64,000 bases of DNA from Auanema rhodensis (lineage: Eukaryota > Animalia > Nematoda), in contig OZ059894.1 of assembly GCA_964057225.1 (NCBI GenBank), forward strand, positions 22,010,001-22,074,000, in the 5' to 3' direction. Under the pieces are notes generated by a model. That model saw only the letters and a program-made list of their open reading frames with translations. It had not been told where the DNA came from and did no database searches. The position numbers and the translations under genes were made by a program. Every line of letters begins with the position of its first letter. Position 1 is the first letter of the stretch. Below are positions 1-9,900 of the stretch, in pieces.

Positions 1-2808
1 GCTAGCTTAAAAATGCACCGAGATATCAACTGATATAAGTTCACACTTATATCCTCGATTTTCACCCTGAAGAATTAATTTTTTCGTTGAATAACATTGT
101 CTATCGTCTTTGCCTTGAAAAATGGAATCTAAAAACATCTACTTTTTGCTAAATTATTTTGAAATTTTTCGAAAAAATTTTTGTCAAAATGTTTTTTGAA
201 GCAATGTTGAGTGTACATGGAAACTCAACATACACTAATGCATCATTTTTCAAACGAACATAACTAATTTTTGTATCAAGCGTTTCTCAATGTAGTATAG
301 TGCATTCGATGCGGATTTTTAAGCTGCGTCGATCTGTGTTATCAAATTTGCGCTAGCTTAAAAATGCACCGAGATATCAACTGATATAAGTTCACACTTA
401 TATCCTCGATTTTCACCCTGAAGAATTAATTTTTTCGTTGAATAACATTGTCCATCGTCTTTGCCTTAAAAAAAGGAATCTAAAAACATCTACTTTTTGC
501 TAAATTATTTTGAAATTTTTCGAAAAAATTTTTGTCAAAATGTTTTTTGAAGCAATGTTGAGTGTACATGGAAACTCAACATACACTAATGCATCATTTT
601 TCAAACGAACATAACTAATTTTTGTATCAAGCGTTTCTCAATGTAGTATAGTGCATTCGATGCGGATTTTTAAGCTGCGTCGATCTGTGTTATCAAATTT
701 GCGCTAGCTTAAAAATGCACCGAGATATCAACTGATATAAGTTCACACTTATATCCTCGATTTTCACCCTGAAGAATTAATTTTTTCGTTGAATAACATT
801 GTCCATCGTCTTTGCCTTAAAAACAGGAATCTAAAAACATCTACTTTTTGCTAAATTATTATGAAATTTTTCGAAAAAATTTTTGTCAAAATGTTTTTGG
901 AAGCAATGTTGAGTGTACATGGAAACTCAACATACACTAATGCATCATTTTTCAAACGATCATAACTAATTTTTGTATTAAGCGTTTCTTAATGTAGTAT
1001 AGTGCATTCGATGCGGTTTTTCAAGCTGCGTCGATCTGTGTTATCAGATTTGCGCTAGCTTAAAAATGCACCGAGATATCAACTGATATAAGTTCACACT
1101 TATATCCTCGATTTTCACCCTGAAGAATTAATTTTTTCGTTGAATAACCTTGTCTATCGTCTTTGCCTTGAAAAATGGAATCTAAAAACATCTACTTTTT
1201 GCTAAATTATTTTGAAATTTTTCGAAAAAATTTTTGTCAAAATGTTTTTGGAAGCAATGTTGAGTGTACATGGAAACTCAACACACACTAATGCATCATT
1301 TTTCAAACGATCATAACTAATTTTTGTATTAAGCGTTTCTCAATGTTGTATAGTGCATTCGATGCGGATTTTTAAGCTGCGTCGATCTGTGTTATCAGAT
1401 TTGCGCTAGCTTAAAAATGCACCGAGATATCAACTGATATAAGTTCACACTTATATCCTCGATTTTCACCCTGAAGAATTAATTTTTTCGTTGAATAACA
1501 TTGTCTATCGTCTTTGCCTTGAAAAATGGAATCTAAAAACATCTACTTTTTGCTAAATTATTTTGAAATTTTTCGAAAAAATTTTTGTCAAAATGTTTTT
1601 TGAAGCAATGTTGAGTGTACATGGAAACTCAACATACACTAATGCATCATTTTTCAAACGAACATAACTAATTTTTGTATCAAGCGTTTCTCAATGTAGT
1701 ATAGTGCATTCGATGCGGATTTTTAAGCTGCGTCGATCTGTGTTATCAAATTTGCGCTAGCTTAAAAATGCACCGAGATATCAACTGATATAAGTTCACA
1801 CTTATATCCTCGATTTTCACCCTGAAGAATTAATTTTTTCGTTGAATAACATTGTCCATCGTCTTTGCCTTAAAAAAAGGAATCTAAAAACATCTACTTT
1901 TTGCTAAATTATTTTGAAATTTTTCGAAAAAATTTTTGTCAAAATGTTTTTTGAAGCAATGTTGAGTGTACATGGAAACTCAACATACACTAATGCATCA
2001 TTTTTCAAACGAACATAACTAATTTTTGTATCAAGCGTTTCTCAATGTAGTATAGTGCATTCGATGCGGATTTTTAAGCTGCGTCGATCTGTGTTATCAA
2101 ATTTGCGCTAGCTTAAAAATGCACCGAGATATCAACTGATATAAGTTCACACTTATATCCTCGATTTTCACCCTGAAGAATTAATTTTTTCGTTGAATAA
2201 CATTGTCCATCGTCTTTGCCTTAAAAACAGGAATCTAAAAACATCTACTTTTTGCTAAATTATTATGAAATTTTTCGAAAAAATTTTTGTCAAAATGTTT
2301 TTGGAAGCAATGTTGAGTGTACATGGAAACTCAACATACACTAATGCATCATTTTTCAAACGATCATAACTAATTTTTGTATTAAGCGTTTCTTAATGTA
2401 GCATAGTGCATTCGATGCGGTTTTTCAAGCTGCGTCGATCTGTGTTATCAGATTTGCGCTAGCTTAAAAATGCACCGAGATATCAACTGATATAAGTTCA
2501 CACTTATATCCTCGATTTTCACCCTGAAGAATTAATTTTTTCGTTGAATAACCTTGTCTATCGTCTTTGCCTTGAAAAATGGAATCTAAAAACATCTACT
2601 TTTTGCTAAATTATTTTGAAATTTTTCGAAAAAATTTTTGTCAAAATGTTTTTGGAAGCAATGTTGAGTGTACATGGAAACTCAACACACACTAATGCAT
2701 CATTTTTCAAACGATCATAACTAATTTTTGTATTAAGCGTTTCTCAATGTTGTATAGTGCATTCGATGCGGATTTTTAAGCTGCGTCGATCTGTGTTATC
2801 AGATTTGC
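1..2808. repeat. 4-monomer higher-order repeat (1404 bp) x2
   Basis: The monomer types starting at 1, 352, 703 and 1054 recur in the same order at 1405, 1756, 2107 and 2458 (AACAGG/TATTATG in the 3rd, AACCTTG/TGTTGTA in the 4th). Confidence 0.85.
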
Positions 2809-3542
2809 GCTAGCTTAAAAATGCACCGAGATATCAACTGATATAAGTTCACACTTATATCCTCGATTTTCACCCTGAAGAATTAATTTTTTCGTTGAAT
2901 AACATTGTCTATCGTCTTTGCCTTGAAAAATGGAATCTAAAAACATCTACTTTTTGCTAAATTATTTTGAAATTTTTCGAAAAAATTTTTGTCAAAATGT
3001 TTTTGGAAGCAATGTTGAGTGTACATGGAAACTCAACATACACTAATGCATCATTTTTCAAACGATCATAACTAATTTTTGTATTAAGCGTTTCTTAATG
3101 TAGTATAGTGCATTCGATGCGGTTTTTCAAGCTGCGTCGATCTGTGTTATCAGATTTGCGCTAGCTTAAAAATGCACCGAGATATCAACTGATATAAGTT
3201 CACACATATATCCTCGATTTTCACCCTGAAGAATTAATTTTTTCGTTGAATAACCTTGTCTATCGTCTTTGCCTTGAAAAATGGAATCTAAAAACATCTA
3301 CTTTTTGCTAAATTATTTTGAAATTTTTCGAAAAAATTTTTGTCAAAATGTTTTTGGAAGCAATGTTGAGTGTACATGGAAACTCAACACACACTAATGC
3401 ATCATTTTTCAAACGATCATAACTAATTTTTGTATTAAGCGTTTCTCAATGTTGTATAGTGCATTCGATGCGGATTTTTAAGCTGCGTCGATCTGTGTTA
3501 TCAGATTTGCGCTAGCTTAAAAATGCACCGAGATATCAACTG

Positions 3543-3547
3543 ATATA
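3543..3547 (+). repeat. Left target-site duplication ATATA
   Basis: The uninterrupted monomer reads ACTG-ATATA-AGTTC. Here it reads ACTG-ATATA-[insert]-ATATA-AGTTC. A 4-bp TSD (ATAT or TATA) with a 397-bp element is also formally possible. Confidence 0.9.
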
Positions 3548-3786
3548 TCGCTTGAGACCAATAGCTAGAATAAACTATAAAGAATATTTATGAAATTAAT
3601 GTTTTGGTCGTTGGGAGCCATCACGTAACAAAAACGTGAAAAAGATAAAAAGAAACAAAATAATAATGAAAATCAAATTAAAGAATCAAATACGTCTTCT
3701 TTGAGGCGGGAATGTTCTGATCTAATCAGAAATTGAAGATAATTAATGAAGAACATGAATAATCTTTACCATTTTTGAATCATTAT

Positions 3787-3821
3787 TATAAAACACGTGA
3801 AAGTTCACGTGAGAGTCATTT
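3787..3821 (+). promoter_or_regulatory. Putative Pol II core promoter in the LTR: TATAAAA (3787-3793) plus initiator TCATTT (3816-3821, predicted +1 = A3818)
   Basis: The first T of the TATA box lies 31 nt upstream of the Inr A, the canonical spacing. TCATTT fits the Drosophila-type Inr consensus TCAKTY. Confidence 0.65.
3794..3812. promoter_or_regulatory. Double E-box dyad CACGTGAA-AG-TTCACGTG(A) between TATA and Inr
   Basis: CACGTG at 3794-3799 and 3806-3811 form a perfect 8-bp inverted repeat with a 2-nt spacer. The second site extends to the palindrome TCACGTGA. Confidence 0.55.
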
Positions 3822-3897
3822 TTCATTGTTTTTGTTATTAACATTTTTTATTCTTCGAGTTAACACTTATAATAATCGGTCGTTGCCAATTATTTAT

Positions 3898-3935
3898 AAT
3901 AAATAGTTATAATATATTTTGTGTTCTTTGTTTAT
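3898..3935 (+). terminator. Putative LTR polyadenylation signal AATAAA (3898-3903) with downstream T/GT-rich element
   Basis: AATAAA lies 40 nt before the 3' end and is followed by TTTTGTGTTCTTTGTTT (3917-3933). AATAAA alone is weak evidence in AT-rich DNA, so the support is positional. Confidence 0.55.
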
Positions 3936-3943
3936 TCAAGACA

Positions 3944-3948
3944 ATATA
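3944..3948 (+). repeat. Right target-site duplication ATATA
   Basis: ...TTCAAGACA|ATATA|AGTTCACAC, after which the satellite resumes with no loss of bases. Confidence 0.9.
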
Positions 3949-6900
3949 AGTTCACACTTATATCCTCGATTTTCACCCTGAAGAATTAATTTTTTCGTTG
4001 AATAACATTGTCTATCGTCTTTGCCTTGAAAAATGGAATCTAAAAACATCTACTTTTTGCTAAATTATTTTGAAATTTTTCGAAAAAATTTTTGTCAAAA
4101 TGTTTTTGGAAGCAATGTTGAGTGTACATGGAAACTCAACATACACTAATGCATCATTTTTCAAACGATCATAACTAATTTTTGTATTAAGCGTTTCTTA
4201 ATGTAGTATAGTGCATTCGATGCGGTTTTTCAAGCTGCGTCGATCTGTGTTATCAGATTTGCGCTAGCTTAAAAATGCACCGAGATATCAACTGATATAA
4301 GTTCACACTTATATCCTCGATTTTCACCCTGAAGAATTAATTTTTTCGTTGAATAACATTGTCTATCGTCTTTGCCTTGAAAAATGGAATCTAAAAACAT
4401 CTACTTTTTGCTAAATTATTTTGAAATTTTTCGAAAAAATTTTTGTCAAAATGTTTTTGGAAGCAATGTTGAGTGTACATGGAAACTCAACATACACTAA
4501 TGCATCATTTTTCAAACGATCATAACTAATTTTTGTATCAAGCGTTTCTTGATGTAGTATAGTGCATTCGATGCGGATTTTTAAGCTGCGTCGATCTGTG
4601 TTATCAGATTTGCGCTAGCTTAAAAATGCACCGAGATATCAACTGATATAAGTTCACACTTATATCCTCGATTTTCACCCTGAAGAATTAATTTTTTCGT
4701 TGAATAACATTGTCTATCGTCTTTGCCTTGAAAAATGGAATCTAAAAACATCTACTTTTTGCTAAATTATTTTGAAATTTTTCGAAAAAATTTTTGTCAA
4801 AATGTTTTTTGAAGCAATGTTGAGTGTACATGGAAACTCAACATACACTAATGCATCATTTTTCAAACGAACATAACTAATTTTTGTATCAAGCGTTTCT
4901 CAATGTAGTATAGTGCATTCGATGCGGATTTTTAAGCTGCGTCGATCTGTGTTATCAAATTTGCGCTAGCTTAAAAATGCACCGAGATATCAACTGATAT
5001 AAGTTCACACTTATATCCTCGATTTTCACCCTGAAGAATTAATTTTTTCGTTGAATAACATTGTCCATCGTCTTTGCCTTAAAAACAGGAATCTAAAAAC
5101 ATCTACTTTTTGCTAAATTATTATGAAATTTTTCGAAAAAATTTTTGTCAAAATGTTTTTGGAAGCAATGTTGAGTGTACATGGAAACTCAACATACACT
5201 AATGCATCATTTTTCAAACGATCATAACTAATTTTTGTATTAAGCGTTTCTTAATGTAGCATAGTGCATTCGATGCGGTTTTTCAAGCTGCGTCGATCTG
5301 TGTTATCAGATTTGCGCTAGCTTAAAAATGCACCGAGATATCAACTGATATAAGTTCACACTTATATCCTCGATTTTCACCCTGAAGAATTAATTTTTTC
5401 GTTGAATAACCTTGTCTATCGTCTTTGCCTTGAAAAATGGAATCTAAAAACATCTACTTTTTGCTAAATTATTTTGAAATTTTTCGAAAAAATTTTTGTC
5501 AAAATGTTTTTGGAAGCAATGTTGAGTGTACATGGAAACTCAACACACACTAATGCATCATTTTTCAAACGATCATAACTAATTTTTGTATTAAGCGTTT
5601 CTCAATGTTGTATAGTGCATTCGATGCGGATTTTTAAGCTGCGTCGATCTGTGTTATCAGATTTGCGCTAGCTTAAAAATGCACCGAGATATCAACTGAT
5701 ATAAGTTCACACTTATATCCTCGATTTTCACCCTGAAGAATTAATTTTTTCGTTGAATAACATTGTCTATCGTCTTTGCCTTGAAAAATGGAATCTAAAA
5801 ACATCTACTTTTTGCTAAATTATTTTGAAATTTTTCGAAAAAATTTTTGTCAAAATGTTTTTGGAAGCAATGTTGAGTGTACATGGAAACTCAACACACA
5901 CTAATGCATCATTTTTCAAACGATCATAACTAATTTTTGTATTAAGCGTTTCTCAATGTTGTATAGTGCATTCGATGCGGATTTTTAAGCTGCGTCGATC
6001 TGTGTTATCAGATTTGCGCTAGCTTAAAAATGCACCGAGATATCAACTGATATAAGTTCACACTTATATCCTCGATTTTCACCCTGAAGAATTAATTTTT
6101 TCGTTGAATAACATTGTCTATCGTCTTTGCCTTGAAAAATGGAATCTAAAAACATCTACTTTTTGCTAAATTATTTTGAAATTTTTCGAAAAAATTTTTG
6201 TCAAAATGTTTTTGGAAGCAATGTTGAGTGTACATGGAAACTCAACATACACTAATGCATCATTTTTCAAACGATCATAACTAATTTTTGTATTAAGCGT
6301 TTCTTAATGTAGTATAGTGCATTCGATGCGGTTTTTCAAGCTGCGTCGATCTGTGTTATCAGATTTGCGCTAGCTTAAAAATGCACCGAGATATCAACTG
6401 ATATAAGTTCACACTTATATCCTCGATTTTCACCCTGAAGAATTAATTTTTTCGTTGAATAACATTGTCTATCGTCTTTGCCTTGAAAAATGGAATCTAA
6501 AAACATCTACTTTTTGCTAAATTATTTTGAAATTTTTCGAAAAAATTTTTGTCAAAATGTTTTTGGAAGCAATGTTGAGTGTACATGGAAACTCAACATA
6601 CACTAATGCATCATTTTTCAAACGATCATAACTAATTTTTGTATCAAGCGTTTCTTGATGTAGTATAGTGCATTCGATGCGGATTTTTAAGCTGCGTCGA
6701 TCTGTGTTATCAGATTTGCGCTAGCTTAAAAATGCACCGAGATATCAACTGATATAAGTTCACACTTATATCCTCGATTTTCACCCTGAAGAATTAATTT
6801 TTTCGTTGAATAACATTGTCTATCGTCTTTGCCTTGAAAAATGGAATCTAAAAACATCTACTTTTTGCTAAATTATTTTGAAATTTTTCGAAAAAATTTT

Positions 6901-9900
6901 TGTCAAAATGTTTTTTGAAGCAATGTTGAGTGTACATGGAAACTCAACATACACTAATGCATCATTTTTCAAACGAACATAACTAATTTTTGTATCAAGC
7001 GTTTCTCAATGTAGTATAGTGCACTCGATGCGGATTTTTAAGCTGCGTCGATCTGTGTTATCAAATTTGCGCTAGCTTAAAAATGCACCGAGATATCAAC
7101 TGATATAAGTTCACACTTATATCCTCGATTTTCACCCTGAAGAATTAATTTTTTCGTTGAATAACATTGTCCATCGTCTTTGCCTTAAAAAAAGGAATCT
7201 AAAAACATCTACTTTTTGCTAAATTATTTTGAAATTTTTCGAAAAAATTTTTGTCAAAATGTTTTTTGAAGCAATGTTGAGTGTACATGGAAACTCAACA
7301 TACACTAATGCATCATTTTTCAAACGAACATAACTAATTTTTGTATCAAGCGTTTCTCAATGTAGTATAGTGCATTCGATGCGGATTTTTAAGCTGCGTC
7401 GATCTGTGTTATCAAATTTGCGCTAGCTTAAAAATGCACCGAGATATCAACTGATATAAGTTCACACTTATATCCTCGATTTTCACCCTGAAGAATTAAT
7501 TTTTTCGTTGAATAACCTTGTCTATCGTCTTTGCCTTGAAAAATGGAATCTAAAAACATCTACTTTTTGCTAAATTATTTTGAAATTTTTCGAAAAAATT
7601 TTTGTCAAAATGTTTTTGGAAGCAATGTTGAGTGTACATGGAAACTCAACACACACTAATGCATCATTTTTCAAACGATCATAACTAATTTTTGTATTAA
7701 GCGTTTCTCAATGTTGTATAGTGCATTCGATGCGGATTTTTAAGCTGCGTCGATCTGTGTTATCAGATTTGCGCTAGCTTAAAAATGCACCGAGATATCA
7801 ACTGATATAAGTTCACACTTATATCCTCGATTTTCACCCTGAAGAATTAATTTTTTCGTTGAATAACATTGTCTATCGTCTTTGCCTTGAAAAATGGAAT
7901 CTAAAAACATCTACTTTTTGCTAAATTATTTTGAAATTTTTCGAAAAAATTTTTGTCAAAATGTTTTTGGAAGCAATGTTGAGTGTACATGGAAACTCAA
8001 CATACACTAATGCATCATTTTTCAAACGATCATAACTAATTTTTGTATCAAGCGTTTCTTGATGTAGTATAGTGCATTCGATGCGGATTTTTAAGCTGCG
8101 TCGATCTGTGTTATCAGATTTGCGCTAGCTTAAAAATGCACCGAGATATCAACTGATATAAGTTCACACTTATATCCTCGATTTTCACCCTGAAGAATTA
8201 ATTTTTTCGTTGAATAACATTGTCCATCGTCTTTGCCTTAAAAAAAGGAATCTAAAAACATCTACTTTTTGCTAAATTATTTTGAAATTTTTCGAAAAAA
8301 TTTTTGTCAAAATGTTTTTTGAAGCAATGTTGAGTGTACATGGAAACTCAACATACACTAATGCATCATTTTTCAAACGAACATAACTAATTTTTGTATC
8401 AAGCGTTTCTCAATGTAGTATAGTGCATTCGATGCGGATTTTTAAGCTGCGTCGATCTGTGTTATCAAATTTGCGCTAGCTTAAAAATGCACCGAGATAT
8501 CAACTGATATAAGTTCACACTTATATCCTCGATTTTCACCCTGAAGAATTAATTTTTTCGTTGAATAACATTGTCCATCGTCTTTGCCTTAAAAACAGGA
8601 ATCTAAAAACATCTACTTTTTGCTAAATTATTATGAAATTTTTCGAAAAAATTTTTGTCAAAATGTTTTTGGAAGCAATGTTGAGTGTACATGGAAACTC
8701 AACATACACTAATGCATCATTTTTCAAACGATCATAACTAATTTTTGTTTTAAGCGTTTCTCAATGTAGTATAGTGCATTCGATGCGGATTTTTAAGCTG
8801 CGTCGATCTGTGTTATCAGATTTGCGCTAGCTTAAAAATGCACCGAGATATCAACTGATATAAGTTCACACTTATATCCTCGATTTTCACCCTGAAGAAT
8901 TAATTTTTTCGTTGAATAACATTGTCCATCGTCTTTGCCTTAAAAAAAGGAATCTAAAAACATCTACTTTTTGCTAAATTATTTTGAAATTTTTCGAAAA
9001 AATTTTTGTCAAAATGTTTTTGGAAGCAATGTTGAGTGTACATGGAAACTCAACATACACTAATGCATCATTTTTCAAACGATCATAACTAATTTTTGTA
9101 TCAAGCGTTTCTTGATGTAATATAGTGCATTCGATGCGGATTTTTAAGCTGCGTCGATCTGTGTTATCAGATTTGCGCTAGCTTAAAAATGCACCGAGAT
9201 ATCAACTGATATAAGTTCACACTTATATCCTCGATTTTCACCCTGAAGAATTAATTTTTTCGTTGAATAACATTGTCCATCGTCTTTGCCTTAAAAAAAG
9301 GAATCTAAAAACATCTACTTTTTGCTAAATTATTTTGAAATTTTTCGAAAAAATTTTTGTCAAAATGTTTTTTGAAGCAATGTTGAGTGTACATGGAAAC
9401 TCAACATACACTAATGCATCATTTTTCAAACGAACATAACTAATTTTTGTATCAAGCGTTTCTCAATGTAGTATAGTGCATTCGATGCGGATTTTTAAGC
9501 TGCGTCGATCTGTGTTATCAAATTTGCGCTAGCTTAAAAATGCACCGAGATATCAACTGATATAAGTTCACACTTATATCCTCGATTTTCACCCTGAAGA
9601 ATTAATTTTTTCGTTGAATAACATTGTCCATCGTCTTTGCCTTAAAAACAGGAATCTAAAAACATCTACTTTTTGCTAAATTATTATGAAATTTTTCGAA
9701 AAAATTTTTGTCAAAATGTTTTTGGAAGCAATGTTGAGTGTACATGGAAACTCAACACACACTAATGCATCATTTTTCAAACGATCATAACTAATTTTTG
9801 TATTAAGCGTTTCTCAATGTTGTATAGTGCATTCGATGCGGATTTTTAAACTGCGTCGATCTGTGTTATCAGATTTGCGCTAGCTTAAAAATGCACCGAG

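Larger units (their letters stand above)
3548..3943 (+). mobile_element. 396-bp insertion, probable solo LTR of an LTR retrotransposon (superfamily unassigned)
   Basis: Satellite register shifts by 401 bp (next monomer at 4263 instead of 3862) = 396 + 5-bp TSD. Left end TCGCTTGAG resembles the reverse complement of the right end, TGTCTTGAA, and the right end is ...ACA. Internal order TATA, Inr, AATAAA, GT-rich matches U3-R-U5. No ORF in the track. Confidence 0.8.

Noticed and set aside
82-98. CENP-B-box-like TTTCGTTGAATAACATT
   Set aside because: It matches the TTCG....A part but lacks the essential CGGG of NTTCGNNNNANNCGGGN.
1-351. Tandem 5S rRNA, tRNA, snRNA or spliced-leader gene unit
   Set aside because: I recognise no 5S or tRNA sequence, A/B boxes, cloverleaf or leader motif, and there is no conserved-gene versus variable-spacer split. 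An Rfam/Infernal search would be the formal test.
1-351. Assignment to a named satellite family (for example beetle 340-360 bp satellites or Drosophila 359-bp)
   Set aside because: Only length and AT-richness are similar. I do not recognise the sequence and cannot run a search.
3606-3885. 8-bp direct repeat GGTCGTTG (3606, 3878) and an AT-only hairpin over the AATAAA (3891-3905)
   Set aside because: Too short or too weak to distinguish from chance without other family copies.
3548-3943. Insertion as a MITE, SINE/LINE fragment or Helitron
   Set aside because: There are no extended TIRs, poly(A) tail or Pol III boxes. A TC start after A is Helitron-like, but a TSD is present and the CTRR end is absent. 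Solo LTR fits best, though it is unproven.
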